A stretch of DNA of 64,000 nt from Prevotella sp. (GTDB lineage Bacteria > Bacteroidota > Bacteroidia > Bacteroidales > Bacteroidaceae), in NCBI GenBank assembly GCA_022641735.1, contig JALCDQ010000004.1, positions 120,192 through 184,191 of the forward strand, written 5' to 3'. Below are positions 31,727 through 40,640 of this stretch, in pieces; the stretch's first letter is position 1, and the number at the start of each line of letters is the position of its first letter. The position numbers and the translations under genes were made by a program. A model generated the notes under the pieces. That model was not told the origin of the DNA. It worked only from the letters and a program-made list of their open reading frames with translations, and searched no databases.

Positions 31727-31801
31727 GTTCTAATGTTGTTTAAATTTGAAAATAATAGAATAAGTAAGGGCTTGTTGGCAGTTACTACATCAAAAAACTG
31801 A

Positions 31802-31871
31802 TGCAAATATAGGCAATTAATTGGTGAGGGACTTTGTCTAGAGTATCACAAACTTTATATATCATTCCAAA
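31802..31871 (-). promoter_or_regulatory. -7 box plus putative HTCS binding site
   Basis: TATATTTGCA on the minus strand at 31802-31811 and the conserved 29-bp motif at 31843-31871. Confidence 0.65.
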
Positions 31872-31984
31872 ATTCAAACATTGATGAAATCCTTAAGATT
31901 TCTATTCAGAGACGATGTTCCTTTAGAACCGATTATCCAGTTTTTAATATAAATTAAGCTTTCAACTTGAATTTTTTAACATGC

Positions 31985-32330
31985 GCAAAAAATTCAAATT
32001 AGCCTTAAAGGGTTAAGAAGAAAGTGAATAAAAAGACGTTAATTAGGCTGGAAAATTCTAATTGGTATCTTTTCAGCATGTATTTTGATGCCTTTTAGCA
32101 TCCAATTAGTATCTAAAAGGAGTGCTTTTTGATGCAAAATAGAGGCTTGTTAGATGCTTTTTACAATGAAAATCGGATGGAATAGAAAATCAAAATACAT
32201 CACTGCAAATATAATCATTTGATATTCAAGTGATTATAAAAATCCTAAAAATCAGGCTTATTTATATAAATTGTCACTCAGTTCCAAAAGAACCGAATTC
32301 TGGGAGGTATAAATGCCAAAACTTTAACAT
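31985..32330. repeat. Non-coding element D with phased A/T tracts
   Basis: Degenerate periodic GCTTTT/AAAAG units. Shares TTAGATGCTTTTTA (32150-32163) with 48957-48970. Confidence 0.45.
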
Positions 32331-32380
32331 AAAAAAAATCTCTCCCCATTGTCCTCAGAAATGAGAGGACTGGGGAGAGA
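32331..32380 (-). terminator. Intrinsic terminator after GH5-GH43
   Basis: TCTCTCCCCA..GTCCTC / GAGGAC.TGGGGAGAGA stem followed by U8 on the minus strand. Confidence 0.8.
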
Positions 32381-32389
32381 CCTTGTTTT

Positions 32390-35300
32390 TTATTTCACCA
32401 CTACACACTTGTGGTCTACAATGTAAACTCCTCTTTCAAGAAGTCCCATTGCATCTGCTCTTCTCACTTTAGAATAGAGTAGCATGCCAGAAAGGTTATA
32501 AATATTTATCAAGTCGTCAGGTGATGTAATTACAGGTGTTTCAATACCTGTCTCAACTGGTGTAAAACCATCATTGCTTAGGAAAACTTCCTTGATGGAA
32601 ATTGTACCTTGGTTTGCCCAAAAGCCGGCGATATAGATATGACTCAGATTGAGGGCTGTAGTTGTTCCGTCTTTTACGAGACTTGACAATGTTATCTTTG
32701 TGGTCTTGGCTAGCGTTGTGGAAGCTGGTGTCGACCAATAGTTGTTCTCGTCATACATGCGGAACTGCGCACCTCCTGTAGGAACTTTATTCAGTTTTAC
32801 CACAATATATTTATATTGCGAGATGTCGATTCCGTTGTTATATTGCCATCCACCGAATCCATATGTGCCTGTAACAAGTGTATTGGTAGATTCGTCATAC
32901 GTTCCTGTAGCATAAATTGACGGATTGAACAAGTCTGCAGTGAGTGGGAATATGGATGCCGTTACAGAGAAACTGGAGGTCAATGTCGTACCGAGCGCGT
33001 CTTTATAAGTTGCGGTGACAGTGGTTGTACCAGTGCCCACAGCTGTGAGACGGCCATTTTTAACAGTCACCACATTACTATTTCCTACACTGTAAGTGGC
33101 GTCAGAAGTGATGTCAGCAGTATGACCATCTGCATAAGTTGCTGTGAGAGTAAACGATTTCGAAGCACCTGTAAGCATATTATATGTGTTGCTGCCTGTC
33201 GACAGAGATGTGGCGGTAAGATAGTCAGCAGAATATGCCGTGAAGGTGTTATCATAATAGGTACTTTCGTCAAATGTCGGTTCTGTAGAGAACCAGTCTA
33301 CGTCGACATATCCTCCCAGTGATTGGGTAGCATAATTAAAGATACAGAAGCGGTTGCCTACGAATATCTTCAGATCATACTTCATATCGAGCGTGCTGCC
33401 ATACTGGATATACGTCTTGTTATCGTCAAGACAATAATAGAACTGAGCCTTGCTCGTTGCGATGTCGGCGACAGCACGCAGATAGATGATAGAGTCACAC
33501 GTAATAGTTTTCTTCTTCATCGTGAAACTGCTGGAATTGCTCTGCACGGAGAGTTCATACTGGTTTCCGCTCATTTTCTTCACGCCGATGAAGGCATAAG
33601 GTTCTTGGAACACAGCCAGACCAGCCATGTCGCCTGCCTGCATCTTACTAACGTTGAGACGGATGGTTCCATAAGACTTTTTGGTATCATCATGGAAACC
33701 GAAAATACGTTGTGTGAGCGTGTTGCGGGCTTTCTGCATAGAGTCGGTCACATTAGCTGTGTAAAGGCGTAGATAACCTGTATGTTCCAGCAAGCTCCAT
33801 TTGGAGTTGTCGGCATTGTGATTCCATTGCCATTGCATACCCAATTTATAGTTACGGAAATTATCGTTGGTAGGCAATGCCTTCGGAGCGTAACTTGCAT
33901 TCACATTTGGTTTGGTGTATGCGGTACTTGCCGTAGCATCCTTGCCGTCCACACCGATAACAGGCCAGTCACTACTCCATGTCACAGGTTCCAGATATGG
34001 CATACGACCAAATGCGCCACAATCGCGCATCAGCATGGTCCACCATTCCCCACTCTGCGTCTGTATCATCGCACCCTGATGGATGTCGTCGCTATCGAAT
34101 ACTTTCTGCTTCTCGTAAGGTCCGAAAACGCTCTTTGAACGGAAGCACCATTGCTGAGCAGGCCAAGCAGCATATGTGGAATAGATATAATAGTAACCAT
34201 CTTTCTTGAAGAAGTGATTTCCCTCAAGTCCACTGAAACTACTGATGACAGTAGATTCTTTAACTTTATTGAAGTTATCATCGAGTTGTACCACACTGAT
34301 ATTGGAGTTACCACAAGCAACATATACAGTACCGTCATCATCGAGCAACATTCCCGGGTCATAATATCCCTGTGAGAGACGTGTCATTGTCCATGTACCT
34401 TCGGGATCTGTAGCAGAAAGCAGATAACCACCTCCATCGTCACTATTGCCGAAAGCGTTGAACATGATATAGAATGTTCCATTCTTATACATCAGACTAT
34501 TAGCCCACGAACCTTTAGCATAGATATTCTTGCCATCCTCCAGATTGTATTCAGGATAGGAAGACATCTTAGTAAGCGGGTTACAGCAATATTCCCAGTT
34601 AACCAAATCCTTGGATTTGAGTAATGTGCAACCAGGGAAATTGTGCATGGTGGTGGTCACCATATAATAGTTATCGCCAACTTTTATGACATCCGGGTCA
34701 GGAAAATCACCTTGAATCACAGGATTCTTATAAGTGCCGTCGCCCTGATCGGATGTTGATTGATATGTGTACTCCTGATGCGGATATTGAGTTGTGGAAT
34801 AGGTTTGATACCATCGATAAGCAGGTCTTGGACATGCTTCAGGGTCGGTCAGGAAAGTGGAACCGTCACTTGCAGCATCCTTATATTGTGCCAAGAGATA
34901 TGCGTCAGTGAATATCAGCCAACTCACGTTGCCCGTTTCATCGGCTATCTTCTTGAAGTTGGCACCGAATCCCGTACCACCAGCTGTTCCCGTAGTTCCT
35001 TTACCCCACGAAGAATTATACGTTGCGGAAGCCCAGTCCATTTCTGTCACAACAATTGGGGCTATATCCGAAACAGGTTTGATTTGTTCATCCCATCCTG
35101 CTTTAAACTGAGTATAGGTAACTGTGGGCGTGCTTTCCGAACCACTATTCATCCATCCTGGATAGCAATGGACGGCATAACCCACGTTGTCACCATCTAT
35201 AGGATATTGTCCATAGGCTCTGTAGTCGGCTTGGTAACCGGTACCAGGTACAAGAACTATGTTGTCGCAGTTTTTGCGAATGGAATCCACAACCGTTTGA

Positions 35301-35950
35301 AAATAGTTGTGCAAGTCCTCGTAACTGCCGGTAGACCCGTCAGATTTGTATATACCTACAGGCTCGTTGGCAAGTTCAAACATGATGTTAGGATTATTTT
35401 TAATGTCAGGATAAGACGAAACATAATCCCATACTTGAATGAGGTATTTCTGGTAAGCGTCTCCTACCTTGATTGAATCCGGACACACACCAGGTGGACG
35501 CATGATGACGTAGAGTCCTTTACCGATGGCATACTTAGCCATTGGCAGAAACACGCGCTTGAAATATTTAGTAAAGCGGGCATAACTGAATGCAGAAATA
35601 TCACTCTCACCAGTTACGGTCTTGCTCGGGTCGTTGCTCCAATAAGGATCCATATGCAGACGCATGAAGTTTACTTTCCATCCAACTGCAAGAATGCTGT
35701 CAATAATGCCCTTATTGTATGTCAGACAGCCGCTCTCGTCATAGTTTGTCCATTTGGTTCCCTTTTCGTTGAACCATGGACTGTAGGTCTGTGCAAAACC
35801 GTGCAGATTCACTATATTGCCCTGCGCGTCTTTGAAATACTTGCCGTCTACATGTAGACGCGGCATTGCCATTCCATCCCATGCGGATACACTGAGCGTG
35901 GAAAACAAAAGTATTGATAACAATACGTATCTGAGTATTTTTCTTTTCAT
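32390..35950 (-). CDS. Multimodular GH5 + GH43 (+C-terminal beta-sandwich) + Ig-like + FPL module + T9SS-type tail
   Basis: GH5 ELANEP, HCYP and VTEMDW; GH43 NPVIQGDFPDPDVI, YDPG, LEG and HQG; WQWNHN lectin-like domain; Thr-rich Ig. ATG 35950 preferred over TTG 35959. Confidence 0.88.
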   Translation of the reverse strand: MKRKILRYVLLSILLFSTLSVSAWDGMAMPRLHVDGKYFKDAQGNIVNLHGFAQTYSPWFNEKGTKWTNYDESGCLTYNKGIIDSILAVGWKVNFMRLHMDPYWSNDPSKTVTGESDISAFSYARFTKYFKRVFLPMAKYAIGKGLYVIMRPPGVCPDSIKVGDAYQKYLIQVWDYVSSYPDIKNNPNIMFELANEPVGIYKSDGSTGSYEDLHNYFQTVVDSIRKNCDNIVLVPGTGYQADYRAYGQYPIDGDNVGYAVHCYPGWMNSGSESTPTVTYTQFKAGWDEQIKPVSDIAPIVVTEMDWASATYNSSWGKGTTGTAGGTGFGANFKKIADETGNVSWLIFTDAYLLAQYKDAASDGSTFLTDPEACPRPAYRWYQTYSTTQYPHQEYTYQSTSDQGDGTYKNPVIQGDFPDPDVIKVGDNYYMVTTTMHNFPGCTLLKSKDLVNWEYCCNPLTKMSSYPEYNLEDGKNIYAKGSWANSLMYKNGTFYIMFNAFGNSDDGGGYLLSATDPEGTWTMTRLSQGYYDPGMLLDDDGTVYVACGNSNISVVQLDDNFNKVKESTVISSFSGLEGNHFFKKDGYYYIYSTYAAWPAQQWCFRSKSVFGPYEKQKVFDSDDIHQGAMIQTQSGEWWTMLMRDCGAFGRMPYLEPVTWSSDWPVIGVDGKDATASTAYTKPNVNASYAPKALPTNDNFRNYKLGMQWQWNHNADNSKWSLLEHTGYLRLYTANVTDSMQKARNTLTQRIFGFHDDTKKSYGTIRLNVSKMQAGDMAGLAVFQEPYAFIGVKKMSGNQYELSVQSNSSSFTMKKKTITCDSIIYLRAVADIATSKAQFYYCLDDNKTYIQYGSTLDMKYDLKIFVGNRFCIFNYATQSLGGYVDVDWFSTEPTFDESTYYDNTFTAYSADYLTATSLSTGSNTYNMLTGASKSFTLTATYADGHTADITSDATYSVGNSNVVTVKNGRLTAVGTGTTTVTATYKDALGTTLTSSFSVTASIFPLTADLFNPSIYATGTYDESTNTLVTGTYGFGGWQYNNGIDISQYKYIVVKLNKVPTGGAQFRMYDENNYWSTPASTTLAKTTKITLSSLVKDGTTTALNLSHIYIAGFWANQGTISIKEVFLSNDGFTPVETGIETPVITSPDDLINIYNLSGMLLYSKVRRADAMGLLERGVYIVDHKCVVVK

Positions 35951-35967
35951 CTTTGTCAAAAGTTTTA

Positions 35968-36007
35968 AAAAGGGGAAAGAGAAGTTTCACAACCTCTCTA
36001 TTCCTTT
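35968..36007 (-). terminator. Internal hairpin/leaky terminator between GH10 and GH5-GH43
   Basis: Minus strand AAAGGAATAGAGAGGTT-gtga-AACTTCTCTTTCCCCTTTTT, an imperfect stem with U tail. Confidence 0.45.
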
Positions 36008-36028
36008 ATATGAATAACTAAAAATGAA

Positions 36029-37777
36029 TTACTTATCACTACTGAATAACTCTTTTCCAGCTAGTCCGTTAGCAAAACTTCCATAAGCACGCTTGCGGTC
36101 ATAGCTCTGAGTCCACAGGCCAATTGGCTCACCTGAATGCCATGAACTTCCAGTAATCTGGTCGAGTGGGTACCATAGTGTAATTCCGTAACGCTGTGCA
36201 GCAGGAACATTGTCAAAATAAGCCTTGATGATTGCTTGATACATGTCAGCTTGAGCCCTATATTGTGCATCCGTGACATTACCCGTCAGAATACCGCTGC
36301 CAATTCCTAAATCAAGCTGAGTAATCCGAATGAGTTTACCAGTGGCAGCAAGTTTCTTAAACATATTTGTAATAGCATCAATGTTTACAGTGTCCATTTC
36401 CAAGTTCATCTCTGTGCTGATACCATCAACTGTCACACCTTTGCTCTCTACATACTTGACGTAGTTAAGCAGTCCGTCGAGTTTCTTGTCATCTTTAGCT
36501 TCAAGTCCGTAATCGCTGATAAATAATTTATCATCAGAATTACCATATTTACGAGCATAGGTTATCGCTTTTACTGCATAATCCTTGCCAAGGTAATCCT
36601 GCCAGTAGAATGCATCATCAGGCTGTTTTTCAATATTTTTGCCTGTTTTCAGTTGTGTAGGATCAGCATCGTCCATAGGCTCACTCACAATATCCCATGC
36701 ATGTATGTAACTCTTACAAGTACCCATCATGCCCTTAATCCAACGTTCTAGTTCGCCGTCTACGATTGCTTTCTTTTCAGCATCGGTCTTGTCCACATAG
36801 GTGATACCGGCTTCGTAGCCTTCGCCAGCCTTCGATACACCATATTCGGTGAATGTACCGGAACTCCAGCCAAATTTAATCCAACTGGATGCAGTTACAG
36901 CTGCATCGTTAAAGTTCCAGTTATCCGTGTTCAGGTTCTTATTGATAACATTCCCTTTGCTATCCACTTCATAAAATTTCAAATCATCGATATAGATTGT
37001 TCCGACGAAATGTCCTAAATGGAAGATAAGTGACTTTAGGGCGGTGATGCCGTCTTTCATAACATTAGTAGTAGTCACTTTATTCCACGATGTCGTAACA
37101 TTGATGGCCGAATTGAAATCAGAGCCGTTCCAGTCAGAGAATGTTGATACAGGGACTGTTCCTTCTACCGAACCTTTCACCATGAACTCCAGTTCGTAGG
37201 TCTTGCCTGGCGTCACTGCGGGAGGTGAAGGGAAGTTGAATATAGCCTGGCACTCCCATGGATTTACGAGCTTGCCGTTGGTGGCCTTGAAACAATAAGC
37301 GGAAGCAAGGTCACCCGCACCTGTAATTATAGCAGTAGGTTCCAATTGTTTGTTCAGATAGATGCCGTTTTGAGCAGAATGCCAGCACAAGGTATGTCCA
37401 TAAACTGACATCTCCGCACTTTGGGCGCTGCTAAGAAACTTAGCTACCATTGTCGTGTCTAGGCTACCATCGGTTTCCACTACTGCGCCGTGGGTCATCT
37501 CTGACCGGGGCGTCAACTCGTCGAAATTAGTGGAAGCCAAACGATAAGGCATCCCTTGAGCTTCAAATTCGCTTACGCTCACACCTGTCCCTAACTTGAA
37601 GTTAGGGTTGGTCGTGCGGTCTACGTAGCTTTTCAACACATCATACTGTTTGAGATAATTCAGATTGGCGGTGCTGTCGGGCTGAGAAACAGAATAGCCC
37701 AGTGCATCGTTGTCGGCGCAAGAGGCAAGCAATGCCAGCCCCAGTACCATCGGTATCAATTTGTCAAGATGCTTCAT
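36029..37777 (-). CDS. Xyn10C-like GH10 lipoprotein interrupted by a CBM4-like insert; catalytic nucleophile substituted
   Basis: Lipobox LLASC, YGHTLCWHS, WDIVSEP, FYWQDYLG, KLFISDY and RITQLD. Insert about aa 150-330. Last gene of the susCD-susCD core. Confidence 0.85.
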   Translation of the reverse strand: MKHLDKLIPMVLGLALLASCADNDALGYSVSQPDSTANLNYLKQYDVLKSYVDRTTNPNFKLGTGVSVSEFEAQGMPYRLASTNFDELTPRSEMTHGAVVETDGSLDTTMVAKFLSSAQSAEMSVYGHTLCWHSAQNGIYLNKQLEPTAIITGAGDLASAYCFKATNGKLVNPWECQAIFNFPSPPAVTPGKTYELEFMVKGSVEGTVPVSTFSDWNGSDFNSAINVTTSWNKVTTTNVMKDGITALKSLIFHLGHFVGTIYIDDLKFYEVDSKGNVINKNLNTDNWNFNDAAVTASSWIKFGWSSGTFTEYGVSKAGEGYEAGITYVDKTDAEKKAIVDGELERWIKGMMGTCKSYIHAWDIVSEPMDDADPTQLKTGKNIEKQPDDAFYWQDYLGKDYAVKAITYARKYGNSDDKLFISDYGLEAKDDKKLDGLLNYVKYVESKGVTVDGISTEMNLEMDTVNIDAITNMFKKLAATGKLIRITQLDLGIGSGILTGNVTDAQYRAQADMYQAIIKAYFDNVPAAQRYGITLWYPLDQITGSSWHSGEPIGLWTQSYDRKRAYGSFANGLAGKELFSSDK

Positions 37778-37782
37778 CGTTA

Positions 37783-38790
37783 TTATTCTTTATATACAGC
37801 TGTAAATTCTTCTGCAGTACCACTCACACCGCGGTCACGCGCCACAAGAGTATCTTTGGTCGCCACAACGGTATTGCCATATTGTACTTTATAATCAAGA
37901 TACATCACGTCACGGTCTTTATTGCCCCATGCTAATTTGGCTCCTTTGTCAACAAAAGTGCCAGTTCCCGTAGCGGTATAACCCTTAGAGGCTGATGACA
38001 CTACACAATTTCCATTGGTATCGAAAGTGAGAAGTAAGTTACATGAACTATTGAACGGATAAAGTACCGATGAGAGGTTATTTGTGGTTAGTGTGAATAC
38101 TTCGTCACGTTCCACATATTGCTTGTGCCGCACACTTGTAGTTACATTGCTGCCAGTAGTAGACACATCCACACCACGACGTAGATATTTCCCTGCCCAA
38201 GGGCAGATGTATTTTACTAGATAGAGTACATAATCCTTCGGAGCTGTCGCCCAATCAGTAGACCGTGTACGTATAGGATTGTTAAAGAGGGCCTGGCCAC
38301 GTAGAATAGAATCTGCGCCTACAACGTTTTTCATTACGACCGGAATTACGTAAGTGTTTTTAAGTGCATCCTTATCAGCAAAGAAAGCGTCAGTAAATTG
38401 TACATCAACACATCCCTTTATATCGTTTTTTATCAAAATTTGGTCACTTAAAAGTGAATAGTATGCCGAAGGCATAGGCTTTACCTTAGTACCATCGCTG
38501 AAATAAAGGTTGTTGCAGAGAGTAGTGTCCACCATAATATTGATAGATACATCCTTACCACTACGAGAGCCACCAAGCACAGCATAAATTTGGCACTTAT
38601 GCGCGTTATCAAGTGTCACATCCACTTCTTCGTTATTACCCAGCACTAGTGTTCGGATGGGATTCTGATAAGAAAAATAGGTGGTTGTATAATCGTAATC
38701 ATCAAAGTCGGTGCTCTCATTCTTACAAGACTGCAGAGCTACGACCGAAGTTCCGGCAAGCAACACTAATATGATATTTTTTATTTTCAT
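37783..38790 (-). CDS. PUL lipoprotein, DUF1735/DUF5627-like (XusE position)
   Basis: Lipobox LQSC, TTYFSYQNPIRTLVLG and NTYVIPV. Follows susD. Confidence 0.75.
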   Translation of the reverse strand: MKIKNIILVLLAGTSVVALQSCKNESTDFDDYDYTTTYFSYQNPIRTLVLGNNEEVDVTLDNAHKCQIYAVLGGSRSGKDVSINIMVDTTLCNNLYFSDGTKVKPMPSAYYSLLSDQILIKNDIKGCVDVQFTDAFFADKDALKNTYVIPVVMKNVVGADSILRGQALFNNPIRTRSTDWATAPKDYVLYLVKYICPWAGKYLRRGVDVSTTGSNVTTSVRHKQYVERDEVFTLTTNNLSSVLYPFNSSCNLLLTFDTNGNCVVSSASKGYTATGTGTFVDKGAKLAWGNKDRDVMYLDYKVQYGNTVVATKDTLVARDRGVSGTAEEFTAVYKE

Positions 38791-38823
38791 AATTTTTTGT
38801 TCTTAATATTTGTCATTCTTTGT

Positions 38824-40626
38824 TTACCTTGTCCATCCTGCATTTTGTTGCAGATTACTCCACTTTTGAGTCTCTTCGTAAGGGATAGGGCCATAATACA
38901 TATAGTCTTCATATTTACGAGCCTCCACATCGATAGGTGTGTATTTAAGTGAACCATCAGCATTCTCGGTGATCTGCATTCCGCGAGCAGTCTCAGTTAA
39001 TTTTTCTATTGATACCTTCCAACGACGCAAATCCCAGAAACGGAAATTCTCGAAACATAGTTCCAGGCGACGTTCGTTGCGAATAAGTTCACGCATTTTG
39101 CTCTGGTCCCCTTTGATTGATTCCAAATAGGCGTCACCGTTGTCGGTACCAACGCCAGCACGCTTGCGTATGGCCTTGATGACATCATAAGCACTATAAG
39201 CATGCCCACCCATTCCTGTAGGGCCGAAAGCCTCATTAGCAGCCTCAGCATAGTCAAGGAACATTTCGGTTGCACGGATGTAACTGGTATAATGTTTCTG
39301 CTTAACATTATACATTGAATATGGATTACAATCAGAACGGAGCAACTTACGTAGGTAGTAGCCTGTTCGAGTGGAATATCCACTTTCTCGGTTCAGCTGG
39401 TCGTCGGTAATAGTACCATAAGTTCCAGTAGTAATTACAGAAGAAGATGGTCCCTGCGTGCTGCCGTCATATACAACATAAGCAGTAAGGCGTGGGTCAC
39501 GTCCATAATAAGGATCCGTATCATCATATCCGCTGCGTTGATCAGTTATAGGGTAACCATTGACCATTGGAAAAGCGTCTACAAGATTTTGTGTTGGATT
39601 CACTCTGCCTTTACCATAAAGTGTAGGAGGAAAGTTATCGGTCTCCAAATCATTATTCTCAGATGTTCCTCCACGCCAGATGATTTCCTTTGGGTTGGCA
39701 CCCGAAGCGAGATTAGCAATCTCAGTAGTATTGGTATACCAAGTAAATCCATTAGCCGCCATACCTCCTATTCCACCTATATCATCTATTACTTTTGCAG
39801 CATAGTCTGCAGCCTGCTTGTAGGTGTAGCTGGAACCTGCACTGAAAGCTGGACTAGCAGCGAGCAGTGTAGCCTGTGCACGGATAGCTTCGGCCACGCG
39901 GCCAGTAATTCTGCCACCCATCGTTGCACCATAAAGACGATTATAATCAGTGACATTGGTAATGCCTTTTGCCTTGTAACGTGCTGGAATATCGGCATCA
40001 TTGTTTAAATCGGCATACTCTGAAGGAAGTAATTCTACAGCCCTATTTGCATCTGCAAGCAGACTATCCATACAGTCCTTAAATGTGTTACGCGCTATAT
40101 TGAAATCGCTATTCGCGTCTTCGGCTGATGTCAAAATGGGTACACCAAGCAGTTGTCCGTCACTAGTCCAACCACCATGAGCGCGCAATAGATTATACAT
40201 AAACAAAGCTCTAAGAGCATAAGCCTCTCCACGGAAACGTTCTTTGAATCCCTCTTTGATGACTGCATCTTGGGCCCAATTTACACTATCGGTGCGTTCC
40301 AAAAACAGATTGATATATTGAATGGCATGACGACTTGTTGCCCATTGTGTCAGCGGGTCATTGTTGGAAGCCCACGTGCCGCCAGAAGCCATCTTTAGGA
40401 AAGTATTGTCGTTGTTATTTGAAACGGCATCATCAGTTGCCACATCGGTGTTTGAAGAAGCTGAATATGGCAATAGTATATATGCATTAGCGAGAATGCC
40501 CTGCGCATAACTTGGTTCGTTGTACATAGCATCAATGCTACGGATATTTTCTTCAGCAGGTGTGATCAAATCATCGCATGATACTAGGAATGGTAACAGA
40601 ACCAATACAGTTATTATCTTTTTCAT
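38824..40626 (-). CDS. susD: SusD/RagB family lipoprotein
   Basis: Lipobox LVSC, GEAYALRA, RDPRL, TGYYLRK, IRATEMFLDYAEA, IRNERRLELCFENFRFWDLRRW and QNAGW. Confidence 0.93.
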   Translation of the reverse strand: MKKIITVLVLLPFLVSCDDLITPAEENIRSIDAMYNEPSYAQGILANAYILLPYSASSNTDVATDDAVSNNNDNTFLKMASGGTWASNNDPLTQWATSRHAIQYINLFLERTDSVNWAQDAVIKEGFKERFRGEAYALRALFMYNLLRAHGGWTSDGQLLGVPILTSAEDANSDFNIARNTFKDCMDSLLADANRAVELLPSEYADLNNDADIPARYKAKGITNVTDYNRLYGATMGGRITGRVAEAIRAQATLLAASPAFSAGSSYTYKQAADYAAKVIDDIGGIGGMAANGFTWYTNTTEIANLASGANPKEIIWRGGTSENNDLETDNFPPTLYGKGRVNPTQNLVDAFPMVNGYPITDQRSGYDDTDPYYGRDPRLTAYVVYDGSTQGPSSSVITTGTYGTITDDQLNRESGYSTRTGYYLRKLLRSDCNPYSMYNVKQKHYTSYIRATEMFLDYAEAANEAFGPTGMGGHAYSAYDVIKAIRKRAGVGTDNGDAYLESIKGDQSKMRELIRNERRLELCFENFRFWDLRRWKVSIEKLTETARGMQITENADGSLKYTPIDVEARKYEDYMYYGPIPYEETQKWSNLQQNAGWTR

Positions 40627-40640
40627 TGCTAAATCTTTAT

